Source: a virus. Taken from it: DNA of 64,000 nucleotides. The stretch covers positions 32,001 to 96,000 of IMG/VR virus record IMGVR_UViG_3300028610_002494; one strand, 5' to 3'. A program made the translations under genes and the position numbers. The notes below the pieces were generated by a model. The model was not told where the DNA came from and did not search any database. It worked only from the letters and a program-made list of their open reading frames with translations. Below are positions 53,475 through 63,497 of the stretch, piece by piece (the stretch's first letter is position 1; the number at the start of each line of letters is the position of its first letter).

Positions 53475-55031
53475 ATGGGAGAAAGAACAGATTTTGTAAT
53501 GGCACAGGAACTTTTAAAGAGTGTTATTTTTGATCAAGCAGGCAGTGTTATTAAAGCTATTGAAGAACTATTCCAAAATAGTATTGATGCTGGTGCTACT
53601 AAAATAGAAATTATAATAAATAAGGAAGGAATGATATTTTCAGATAATGGAAAAGGAATGAACAAAAAAGAAATTAATACTTATTTTAGACAATTTGGAA
53701 ATTCAGCAAAAGCAGGAGACTCAACCAAAATAGGTAAATATGGAATTGGAAGAGGTCAAGTATTTGCTCAAGGATGGAATAGGTGGAGAACTCAAACTTT
53801 TATGATGAGAACAAATTGTAAACAGAGTTTATCATACAGACTAAAAGAAAGATTAATACATTTAAATGGAATGAGTGTTTATGTCATGTTCTATGAAAAA
53901 ATGGATAATTGGACATATGACAGAACTGTTTCATTAATTAAGGAATATGTTATTCCTAAAAGAATTGAAATAACTATAAATGGATCAAAATTCACTGAGG
54001 AAGATGCTGGAATAACAAGAATTGATGATTATAGTAATGAGTCTTTTGAAGTATTTGAAAGTTGTTTGTATGAAAGACGAATTTTTGCCCAAGCATTATT
54101 TGTAAAGAAGTTTAATACTACAACTAAATACAATATTAATTGTAAAGGAAAAATGAAGTTAAATACCGCAAGAAATGATTTACACGAAGACAGGAAATCA
54201 ACTAAAGAACTTTATGATTTAATTGCAAGAATTGAAAGAGAAGAACTTTTGAAAGCTAAACGATTTGATGCAACAACAGGAAAACAAATTCTTAAATACA
54301 TAAGGAATGGAAAGCTAAACATAATTGATTTTATGGATAAAAAAATAATTGAATTAGCTGATGGAGAATTGGTTTCGATAAAAGATATTAATGGTAAAAA
54401 AGTGATGTTTGGTGAAAAGAATGATACTTCTGATCGAGCAATTCAAGCAGGATATATAGTAGTTAATAACAATTTTAAATGGGTTCTAACTGAATTAAGT
54501 AAACAGAAAAAAGTTGGATATACAAGAGATTATAGAAGTCCTGCTGAAGTAGTTCCAAAAGGTTATCGTAAACAAATAGAAGAAGCAAGACTTTTTAAAA
54601 CTCACGGTAAAAAAGCTTTATTACATTGGTATTTAGCAAAAGAAATGAACAAAAGAATATTTGGAGATGAAAGAGAACTTTCAATTGGTTCTTCTGATAT
54701 TGCAGAAGCTTGGACTGATGGACATTATAATATAACACTAAATGCAAGTATGTTTAAGAAAAGAGACAAACGAGGAGTGGTTGTTATGAATGTTTTTCAT
54801 GTTCTTTGTCATGAGTATGCTCACGAGAATGATGATACAAATGAAACAAGTCATGATGGAAACTTTTACAAACGATACTATGAATTGGTTGAACAAAAGA
54901 AGAGAAGAATTGGTGATTTTGTTGTTTTTGTTGGTCTTAGAGAAATTGAGAGAAATTATAAACAAGATATTGAAGATGATATCTTTAGTGCAAAATTATT
55001 AAAAACTAATAGAAAAAAAAGAAGTGGTTAA
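53475..55031 (+). CDS. GHKL (Hsp90/MORC-like) ATPase fused to a C-terminal zincin HExxH domain
   Basis: ELFQNSIDAGA, DNGKGM, IGKYGIG; HVLCHEYAH...HDGNFY. Confidence 0.85.
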   Translation: MGERTDFVMAQELLKSVIFDQAGSVIKAIEELFQNSIDAGATKIEIIINKEGMIFSDNGKGMNKKEINTYFRQFGNSAKAGDSTKIGKYGIGRGQVFAQGWNRWRTQTFMMRTNCKQSLSYRLKERLIHLNGMSVYVMFYEKMDNWTYDRTVSLIKEYVIPKRIEITINGSKFTEEDAGITRIDDYSNESFEVFESCLYERRIFAQALFVKKFNTTTKYNINCKGKMKLNTARNDLHEDRKSTKELYDLIARIEREELLKAKRFDATTGKQILKYIRNGKLNIIDFMDKKIIELADGELVSIKDINGKKVMFGEKNDTSDRAIQAGYIVVNNNFKWVLTELSKQKKVGYTRDYRSPAEVVPKGYRKQIEEARLFKTHGKKALLHWYLAKEMNKRIFGDERELSIGSSDIAEAWTDGHYNITLNASMFKKRDKRGVVVMNVFHVLCHEYAHENDDTNETSHDGNFYKRYYELVEQKKRRIGDFVVFVGLREIERNYKQDIEDDIFSAKLLKTNRKKRSG

Positions 55032-55267
55032 AAAATGTTATACAAATTATTTATTGATGATATGAGAAATGCTATTTCTCATGCTTATTTAACTCGAAGT
55101 GTTCAAGAGAATATTAAAATAAAGATTAGAGCTATTGAATCTTGTTTTAATACTTGGGTTAATCGATTAAATAAATCTGAGAAAAGAGTATATAAGGAAG
55201 ACATAAATTCTTTCAGAGAGGATTTAAAAGCAATACTAAAAGAAATTTATAAAAACTAATTGATTTA

Positions 55268-55309
55268 TTTTTTTGTAAGTGTGTTTAGGTTTCCTTAACA
55301 CCAATAAAA
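55268..55309 (+). repeat. Bulged-hairpin repeat A, copy 5
   Basis: TTTTTTTG-TAAGT-GTGTTTAGGTTTCCTTAACAC-CAATAAAA. Confidence 0.9.
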
Positions 55310-55526
55310 ATAAAATTACAAAAAGAAGGTAAATAAAAATGAATTTAACAGAAAAAGGAAAAGAACAAACAAAATTAATCTCGAAAATGTTAGCTGATAT
55401 TAGAACCGAATTTATGAAAGCTTTTCTTAATTTTGAAGAAAAGGATATTATCCTAATTCTTGATATAAAATATATGAAACAGAGTTTTATGAGATGGGTA
55501 AATAAAAAATAAGAGGTTAAAAGAGA

Positions 55527-55919
55527 ATGGAAAATATTAGACCAAGAAATGAAATAAGAGCTTTATGTCCACGGTGTGGAGGATCATATAGTGGATACCC
55601 TGCTTTAAGTCGTCGTGATAACAAAAGTAAGATATGTTCTGATTGTGGAAACGAAGAAGCGATATTTGATCTTAAGATGCATCTATGGGATGATGAAAAA
55701 GAAAAGAAAGAATTAATAATAAAAGAAAAGAAGTGGTTAGAAATGTCTAAAAAAAGTGAAGTAATTATATGGGAAGGATTTAAGTGGACAATGGAAGAAG
55801 GAGAAACTGTGGATGATGTTATAGATAAACTTAATGATGGTGCAATAACTTCCTATGCAAACCATTTCATAAAAATTACTGATTTAAATGGAATTGTACT
55901 TAAAGAAATAAATATTTAA
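55527..55919 (+). CDS. Zn-finger fused to a small paralogous domain
   Basis: CPRCG...YPALSRRDN..ICSDCG; second domain begins at an internal MSKK. Confidence 0.7.
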   Translation: MENIRPRNEIRALCPRCGGSYSGYPALSRRDNKSKICSDCGNEEAIFDLKMHLWDDEKEKKELIIKEKKWLEMSKKSEVIIWEGFKWTMEEGETVDDVIDKLNDGAITSYANHFIKITDLNGIVLKEINI

Positions 55920-55923
55920 TTTT

Positions 55924-55964
55924 TTTTATTGTTAGTGTGCCAGATTTCCTGAGCACCAATAAAA
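55924..55964 (+). repeat. Bulged-hairpin repeat A, copy 6
   Basis: TTTTATTG-TTAGT-GTGCCAGATTTCCTGAGCAC-CAATAAAA. Confidence 0.9.
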
Positions 55965-56239
55965 ATAAAGAAAAGAGTTGATTAAAAATGGTTAAAAAAG
56001 AGACTATGGAAAATTATAAAAAAGAACTTTTTGATTTAGCATTACATCTTGAAAATTGGTTAAATGGAATTGTTATTGAATCTTGGGATGCAGAAAATTT
56101 AAGAAATAGAGTAGTTAGTAAGATTCGTCTTTTTAAACAAGATGGACATACTGATGTATTTCATCCTGATATTGATCGTGGACAAGTAGTAGAAAGAATG
56201 AAGGAACAGAATGTTAAATCATAAATATAAAAATAAATT

Positions 56240-56281
56240 TTTTATTGTAAGTGTGTTTAGGTTTCCTGAGCACCAATAAAA
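56240..56281 (+). repeat. Bulged-hairpin repeat A, copy 7
   Basis: Identical to copy 1 over 42 bp. Confidence 0.95.
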
Positions 56282-56736
56282 ATAAAAAACTCAAAAGAGG
56301 TGTAAATTATGGTTGAAGAAGTTAAAGCTTATAAAACAACAGATAACGTTATATTTGAAAATGAAAAAAATGCTAAAAAACATCAAATAGAAATAGATTT
56401 TGATGATGGATTAAAAAAGTTAGTAGAAAAACACATATCATATTATGATAATGAAGTTATGGTATTTGATTTCATTAAAGAACATAAAATAGAAATATTT
56501 AATTTATTATTATTAAAAAACATTTAAAAGAGAATAAAAAATGCCAGAATGTATGGAATGTGGAAAGGATATTGAATTAACCCAATGGAACATTTGGAAT
56601 ATATTTCATATTTGTTATGAATGTGAAGAACATTTGAACGAAAAAGCAAGGTGTCCATATTGTAATGGATATTTTCCATGTCTTAGAGCATCAAAATTTA
56701 AGGAACATATTGAAAATTGCAGAAAAAATAAAAAAA

Positions 56737-56780
56737 TTCACAAAAATTTAAATGTATAAATAGTCTTTACAGATTATAGA
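56737..56780 (+). promoter_or_regulatory. Conserved promoter (motif C)
   Basis: TTCACAAAAATTTAAATGTATAAATAGTCTTTAC. Confidence 0.6.
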
Positions 56781-56950
56781 GAGAACGTCAGTAGTAAAAA
56801 AATTTTGAGTTTATATAAATAACCTATGAATAGAGACGAAATTATAAAACATGAGAAAAAAGCCTGTACTATGCGAAACATTTATATACTTTATTTCTAC
56901 AGAGGGATAATTTAAGTAAATTGAAAAATAAAATTAAAAGAGATAAAAAA

Positions 56951-58921
56951 ATGAAAAATATTGTAATAATTGCAGAAAAACCAAGTCAAGGAATCAATAT
57001 AGCTGAAGCATTTAATCTTACTGAAGTAATAGATGGAGCAAAGATTAAGGATGAAATATTTAATGTAAAGATTCATTGTGGTGAATTTCAAAATGATAAT
57101 TTAATTTTAATTTCAGCAAAAGGACATATAATGGAATTACGAGGTCGAAGTCCTAATATTATATATTTTGGTTTTGAATGGAAAGAACCAACAATAAGAG
57201 ATAAGGACAAACGTGCCAGATTTTTGTTATTAAAGAAATATATAAAAATAGCTGATGAAATTATAATTGCAACTGATGCAGATGATGAAGGAGAATTGAT
57301 TGGATATAATTTGGTGAAATATTTTGGTAAGTTAGGTATTACTACAAGAATGTTATTTATGTCTTTAACAGAACGAGAAGTTATAAGATCTTTTAATAAT
57401 AGAGCTGGATTAAGGATTAATATTGCTTTAGCTGCAGAATTAAGATCATGGGCAGATAAGGTTTTTGGATATATTTTTAGTAAGTTTTTGACAAAATCAT
57501 ATATGAGTGTTGTTGTTAATTCAGGTTATATTAAACTTCCTGTTGGAAGAGTAATGACTCCTATTTTAAGTTTAGTTGTTGACAGAATTAACTCAATAGA
57601 AAAAATAAAAAGTGAACTTAAAGATAAGAAACCAGTGATTAAGATTGATTTTGATATCATTCCAAAAATGCCTTCTATTTCTATGTTTGATGAGAAATTT
57701 GATTTAGATGAGGATCAATATGATATTTCAATGGAAGATGCATTAAAACTAAAAGAATTCTATGGTGTAATAGAAGGAAAAATTATTAAGGTATATAAAG
57801 AAGAACAAGAAAAAGAACCAAAAGAGTCTGGTTTAACAATAGATGATATAAGAGAGTGGTGTTACAAAAAAGGAATAGATTATCATGAGACAGACCAAGT
57901 ACTGCAAATGCTTTATAATAACAAGTTAATTACTTATCCAAGGAGTGAATCTACTATTTTACCTAATCCTGATGATAAAGATATAGGAACACAATATTAC
58001 AGAGAAATAATTGATAATTGTTTGGAACAATTAGGATTATTTGATTATAAAAATGATCTTATAGAGACCTATGTGCCAAGAATGGGAACTGAATCCGATG
58101 GTGCTCATTATGCAATACATCCAACTAATATAAAATTAGAAACTGAACTTCCTCATATCCATAAATTTATTTATGAGTTTATTATGAGGAAATTTATTAA
58201 AGGTTTTGGTTTTCCAAAAATGTGGACTAACTATGTGTGTGAGGCACAATTTGAAAATGAAAATATTATATTATCAAAAACTATGAAATCTATTTTTTGG
58301 CAAGAAATAGATGATTTTGGTTATAAATGTGTAGATAATCCTTCTAAGCTTAATTATGAGAGCTTAGAAGAAGATGAGATACCTATGATTGAAGTTGGAG
58401 ATAATGTACCATGTTTAACAAAAATAGAAGAAAGGGTTGCAGTTGTTGTTCCTCCTGAACGATTTTCTAAAGAAGAATTATATGCTTTTTTAAAAGATAA
58501 TCATTTAGGAACTGATGCAACACGTTCAATTATATTACAGAAATTGTGGAATGGAAATTTATTAAAAGGGAATCCACCTTTTCCTACTGTACTTGGTAAA
58601 AGAATAATTGAAGCAATTAAATTAATAAATATTAAATTAACTAAAACTCAATTAACAAGAGAATTTGAAGTGAATATGAAAAAGGTTAAAGATGGATCAC
58701 ATGAAGTTAATGATATTAAAAAAGATTTAAGAATTGAAATAATTAACATTGTAAATGCCAAAATTGGTATTATGGAAACAATTGGGAATAATATTGCTTT
58801 TTTTGGTAAATGTCAAAGATGTGAAGGAAGGATGAAACTCATTTCTTATGTTAAACAAGGTCAAACAGGGTTCTTTTTAGCCTGTGAAAAAGAAAATTGT
58901 AATTATACAATGCCAATATAA
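56951..58921 (+). CDS. topA: Type IA DNA topoisomerase
   Basis: IAEKPS, GH, ATDADDEGE, GRV.TP, catalytic ITYPRS, AHYAIHPT, GTDATR; C-terminal Zn ribbon. Confidence 0.95.
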   Translation: MKNIVIIAEKPSQGINIAEAFNLTEVIDGAKIKDEIFNVKIHCGEFQNDNLILISAKGHIMELRGRSPNIIYFGFEWKEPTIRDKDKRARFLLLKKYIKIADEIIIATDADDEGELIGYNLVKYFGKLGITTRMLFMSLTEREVIRSFNNRAGLRINIALAAELRSWADKVFGYIFSKFLTKSYMSVVVNSGYIKLPVGRVMTPILSLVVDRINSIEKIKSELKDKKPVIKIDFDIIPKMPSISMFDEKFDLDEDQYDISMEDALKLKEFYGVIEGKIIKVYKEEQEKEPKESGLTIDDIREWCYKKGIDYHETDQVLQMLYNNKLITYPRSESTILPNPDDKDIGTQYYREIIDNCLEQLGLFDYKNDLIETYVPRMGTESDGAHYAIHPTNIKLETELPHIHKFIYEFIMRKFIKGFGFPKMWTNYVCEAQFENENIILSKTMKSIFWQEIDDFGYKCVDNPSKLNYESLEEDEIPMIEVGDNVPCLTKIEERVAVVVPPERFSKEELYAFLKDNHLGTDATRSIILQKLWNGNLLKGNPPFPTVLGKRIIEAIKLINIKLTKTQLTREFEVNMKKVKDGSHEVNDIKKDLRIEIINIVNAKIGIMETIGNNIAFFGKCQRCEGRMKLISYVKQGQTGFFLACEKENCNYTMPI

Positions 58922-58933
58922 GAGGAAATAAAA

Positions 58934-59812
58934 ATGAATAGAAATATAACTGAAATATTAACACGTGTTTTATTTGTTGTTTTATATGTTTGTGTTGTTA
59001 TGTTATTATTTATATCAAACCTTATTTTTACTTATATTATAGCTGGTTGTATTATAATATGTTTTATCTTATTTTTTATCTTATTTGTAATAATAAATTA
59101 TGCAAAAATAAAGGATTATATACGTGGTTTTAATATAAGACGTTTAATAAAATGTCTTTCACAAGATATTCTAAAAAAAAGAAAACCTGAAAAAATATTT
59201 AAAATAAATGATATTGTTGAGTTGAAATTAATACAAGGTAAAACACATATTTATATTAAAGGTAAGGAGTTTATACAATGTATGTATCTTTTATTAAACA
59301 TTCCTGTTGAAGAGATTGAAGATTATGATGAATATGAAAGTATTGATGATATTGCTGAAAGATTGGATCATTCTTTAGAAGGTAATAGAGGTGATATTGT
59401 TATTAGAGATGATGTTTCTAATCTTAATGGAGTTGAATTTAGAGGTATTGAACTTAATATTGAACTTAATATTAATAGTAGAATAATTGATCCAGAAACT
59501 GAATTTATTGGACATTGTTCTAATTTACAGGTCTTTTTTGAAAATGGATTAGATACTAATATTTTACATTCAAATATTGCATTTCCATTATTAAAAAAGC
59601 TTTCAGAAGTAAAATATGAACCTGCTTTTCTTAGGTTTAGAGAAGAAATTGTAAAGAGGTTTAATGCTGGGAATGATAATGTAAGAGAGTTTCTTCATAT
59701 TGAGGGATATCTTAATTATCTTAATGAAGAAGAGTTAAAATGTTTGGATGTTGATAAATATAACGAAAGTGTAAGAAGTTTAGAAAATATTGAAGTTTGG
59801 AGGTTTGTATAA
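58934..59812 (+). CDS. Membrane-anchored protein with a Lokiarchaeia-type domain
   Basis: FKIND..ELKL..GKT.IYI.G.EFIQC.YLLLNIP...EFIGHCSNLQ...TNILHSNIAFPLLKKL; recalled as a family expanded in Lokiarchaeia, often with LRRs. Confidence 0.75.
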   Translation: MNRNITEILTRVLFVVLYVCVVMLLFISNLIFTYIIAGCIIICFILFFILFVIINYAKIKDYIRGFNIRRLIKCLSQDILKKRKPEKIFKINDIVELKLIQGKTHIYIKGKEFIQCMYLLLNIPVEEIEDYDEYESIDDIAERLDHSLEGNRGDIVIRDDVSNLNGVEFRGIELNIELNINSRIIDPETEFIGHCSNLQVFFENGLDTNILHSNIAFPLLKKLSEVKYEPAFLRFREEIVKRFNAGNDNVREFLHIEGYLNYLNEEELKCLDVDKYNESVRSLENIEVWRFV

Positions 59813-61409
59813 GATGTCAAAAAAAGAAGTAGAAAAATATTTGTATGAAATAAAACAAAAAAAGATAACAACACAATTATTTTACAGTCTATTAATAAGT
59901 TCAATAGAAAAGAATATGGATAAACTAATACAATTTAACGATCAACAACTTGATGAAATAATGGGTAATTTAAAAAGTAATATCCATACCAATGTTAATA
60001 GAATGTTAAAAATTACTATGAGAACCAAGTATGGATCAAGTAGTGCAAAACAAGCTATAATAAAAGGTTATTATACTTAAAAAATAAAAAGAGATGAAAT
60101 AAAAAATGGAAATGAAATTAATAAAAATATTATTAAAGAATCTAAATAATGATTCTCATACAGTAGAATTGATTTTTAAAGATAATACTATTATAAGACT
60201 TTATTTTTGTTGCAATATATTAATGGGTATAAAAGGAATAGATAACGTTTATTATATAAGTGAAAATATTAAATCAAATTCTATTATAGACGATTATATT
60301 AATACTATTAATATAAATAAAGACGTTCGTTTAAAACGTGAAATTTTTATAAAAATAGCTAATAAAATAATTAAAAAATATTTTTCAAATCATAAAATGT
60401 TTGAAATTAAATAAGAAAAAAGAGTGATAAGAAATGTCAGAAACAAAATTAAGCTGGGAAGAAGTTTTTCAAATAAGAAGTAAGTTATACGATAAATTAA
60501 TAGAAAAATACGGTAAATTACCTTCCAAGAAACAATACATTTTAGATGTAATTGAAGATCGAGGTGGATCAGTTTCTCTACAACTTCTAAGTAAAATAAT
60601 GCATTATAGAATAGATCTACTTGAGAATTGGGTATTAAAATTAAATGCTGAACATAAAATTAGTGTAAAAGGATTATATCCAGATTGGATATTAGTAAAA
60701 TATAAAGGAAGTGATAAAAAATGAGTAAAAAACATAAACTGTCTGAATTATTTTCAAGAAACTTTTTACTAAATAACCTAAAAGAAAAAAATATTGATGG
60801 TGAAACACATAGAATATTTAAATTTATTATACATAAAGATAAAATAAAAGAATTTATAGAACAGGTGAAATAAAATGGATAAAAAATATAAATTAATTGC
60901 TGAAGATTTAGAAGAATTTGAAGATGGAAGTATATTACATTCTCGATTATGTTGTAGACCATTAACATCGACAGAATTAGAAGAGAGAAGAACAGAAGAA
61001 GGTGAAAGACAACAAAGAATTGAAATTTATAAATTAAGATGTGAACAAATAAGAGACAAAATACCTAAAACTAAAAAAGCAAAATTAGAATTCTTAAGAA
61101 AAAAAAGTTCTGAGTATAATCATGAATATCCATCATTAAATCCAGATTTTCAGAGTGCTTGTAAAAATTGTTATTATTATAGAATCTATTATAATTTTGG
61201 TTATATAGATTTTGGTAAAAGTCAATATTCAGATGAAATTGATTTTGAAGGAGAAATAAGTATAGTTGGGAGTATAAAGCATATATGTAATTTCAATGGT
61301 TCTACAGAAATATGGATTAAATCCAAAAAATGTAAATATCATATACTTCGAAAACTTGAAGAGTTCAGAAGATTTCTTATGTTTAATATTTTGGATTGGA
61401 GTGGATATT

Positions 61410-61856
61410 ATGAAAATTAAAAACTTAAAAAGGATTCCTGTGATTATACTTACCATTGTTATATTTGTTTTATCTTCATTAAAACAAAAAATTCCACCTA
61501 TTGGAGCATATAAAATTGATTATCTTTTTATAGTTCTTCATATAGGTGAATTTGGATTATTTAGTATGCTTTTAATGTTAGGGTTTTATCCACAATTTAA
61601 ATCATATTATTTAGTGATGGGTTGTATATTATATGGGATATTGGATGAGATACATCAATATTTTGTTCCTACAAGATTTTTTGATGTTTTAGATATATTA
61701 TGTAATATTGTAGGAGCAATATTAGGTGTGCTTATTTATTTTTTGTTATTATATATAATAATAAAAATTAGGACTCCAAAATGGGCAATAAATATAATGT
61801 CAAATGAAGTAAATACTATTGAACAATTTATAAAAATATTAGAAAAAGAGGATTAA
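61410..61856 (+). CDS. VanZ-like membrane protein
   Basis: LHIGEF, YGILDEIHQYFVPTR...D...N.VG. Confidence 0.85.
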   Translation: MKIKNLKRIPVIILTIVIFVLSSLKQKIPPIGAYKIDYLFIVLHIGEFGLFSMLLMLGFYPQFKSYYLVMGCILYGILDEIHQYFVPTRFFDVLDILCNIVGAILGVLIYFLLLYIIIKIRTPKWAINIMSNEVNTIEQFIKILEKED

Positions 61857-61874
61857 TTTTAGTTAAAAATCCAT

Positions 61875-61918
61875 TTTACAAAAATTTATATGTATAAATA
61901 GTCTTTATAAAATTAAGA
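61875..61918 (+). promoter_or_regulatory. Conserved promoter (motif C)
   Basis: TTACAAAAATTTATATGTATAAATAGTCTTTATAAAATTAAG. Confidence 0.65.
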
Positions 61919-61924
61919 ATAAAA

Positions 61925-62158
61925 ATGATTGAAACAATTAATATTGATGATTTGTATATAGGAGTTCCAGAACATATTTATAATAAGGAAGAAATTGAAA
62001 ATGATTCTTATTTAATAAAAATGAAAGAAAATGTAGAAAATCTTCCTCCAATAGAAGTGATTGATTTAGGCAATGAATATTCACTTTCTAATGGTTATCA
62101 TCGTGTTTCAATCTATAAATATTTAGGTATAAAAAAAATTAAAGCAGAAGTTTATTAA
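61925..62158 (+). CDS. Minimal ParB/Srx-like domain protein
   Basis: LPPIEV...LSNGYHRV. Confidence 0.7.
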   Translation: MIETINIDDLYIGVPEHIYNKEEIENDSYLIKMKENVENLPPIEVIDLGNEYSLSNGYHRVSIYKYLGIKKIKAEVY

Positions 62159-62189
62159 AAATAAAAAAACTAAGGAGTTGGTTTAAAGA

Positions 62190-63290
62190 ATGGCAGAATT
62201 AAAAAAATTCAATACTAAACATGAAATCCATATAAAACTATGTCTAACATTAGCAAAACATGGTTTTAAGTTTTTAGGAACATGGGATCTTGGTGAGGTG
62301 TCTGGTTTTTGTCAGGAGTGCGGACATCTTATTAGGTATGAACAAAATTTTATAGATGTTCAAACTAAGGATGAATATACAATAGGATCAGATTGTATGT
62401 TTAAAATTTATATCTTAAGTCATTGGAGGACTCAAATTAAAGAAAAAGATTTAGAGAATAAAGATCTTCAAAGAGCTGGTAAGTGGCTCTGGATAATTCA
62501 TAGAGATGGTTATTTAAATAAGATGGATGAGATGCTTCCACAACCTAAAGATTATGATGGTGATTTCAAGAAATTAGCTGATGATTTGAAGGTTCTTGTA
62601 TTGAAGATCAGAATTAATATCAAGAAAGAAATGGAAGAAAAAAAAAGAAGAAAAGAATATGAACTAAAACAAAAAATATTAGAAGAACAAAAGAAAGTAC
62701 AAGAAGTATATTTTCAAGGTTGGATCATATCTCAAGAAATTAACATAAATAATTGTAATGACTGGGAAAAAAATTTCTTGGAAACAATGTATAAAGCTGA
62801 GATCAAGGATTGGGTATTATCTGATAAGCAAAAAAGCATATTTAATAGAATTAAAGATGAGAAAAATATTCAGCAGGTTGTTGAGAACAATCAAAATCTT
62901 GGTTCTGTTGCAATAGTTAATGAAGTCTCAAAAAAGGTTGATTATTCTGAGCTAAATGATTGGGAAAAAGAATTTATGGAATCCATAGGTCAACAGGTTG
63001 ATGCAGGAAGTGTTTTATCTCAAAAACAAATAGAAGTTTTAGATAAAATTGATGAGAAATTTACAAATGGTAAAGAAACTGAAGATTTTAGTGATTATAT
63101 CGGAAAGAGAGTTCAATCTTGGTTAATTAGTGATTTATCAGGAATTTATACAACAGGAATTGTAAAGGTTGTTAAGAAAGAAACTAATATGGCAATACTA
63201 TGTAATGTATTAGTTGAAGATGATTCAGAAACGATTCTTAATGAAGTTTGGATACCTAAATCTCAACTTATAATTGATATAACACTTTAA
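62190..63290 (+). CDS. Zn-binding protein with two internal NDWEKxF...LSxKQ repeats
   Basis: CQECGH...IGSDC; repeated helical module. Confidence 0.65.
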   Translation: MAELKKFNTKHEIHIKLCLTLAKHGFKFLGTWDLGEVSGFCQECGHLIRYEQNFIDVQTKDEYTIGSDCMFKIYILSHWRTQIKEKDLENKDLQRAGKWLWIIHRDGYLNKMDEMLPQPKDYDGDFKKLADDLKVLVLKIRINIKKEMEEKKRRKEYELKQKILEEQKKVQEVYFQGWIISQEININNCNDWEKNFLETMYKAEIKDWVLSDKQKSIFNRIKDEKNIQQVVENNQNLGSVAIVNEVSKKVDYSELNDWEKEFMESIGQQVDAGSVLSQKQIEVLDKIDEKFTNGKETEDFSDYIGKRVQSWLISDLSGIYTTGIVKVVKKETNMAILCNVLVEDDSETILNEVWIPKSQLIIDITL

Positions 63291-63497
63291 TTTTTTTATT
63301 TTATTTTTTCTAATTTTTTATTAATTTTAACTATTTTACCTTATAAATTTCTTTATTATTTTAAACTTTAATAGTAAAAGGTTGATTTTATTGATTATAT
63401 TTATAAACAAATGATTTAAATAATAGATAAATATATTTAACTTATATAAATTTAAATATAAATAAAATCAATAAAATTAAAAAAAGAGATAATAAAT

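Noticed and set aside
56820-56845. Hammerhead-like CTATGA...CGAAA
   Set aside because: The core CUGAUGA is not intact and I could not build the flanking stems.
1125-61456. Minus-strand ORFs in the track
   Set aside because: All are short shadows of + strand genes, Phe/Ser/Leu-rich as expected from antisense AT-rich codons, with no recognisable motifs.
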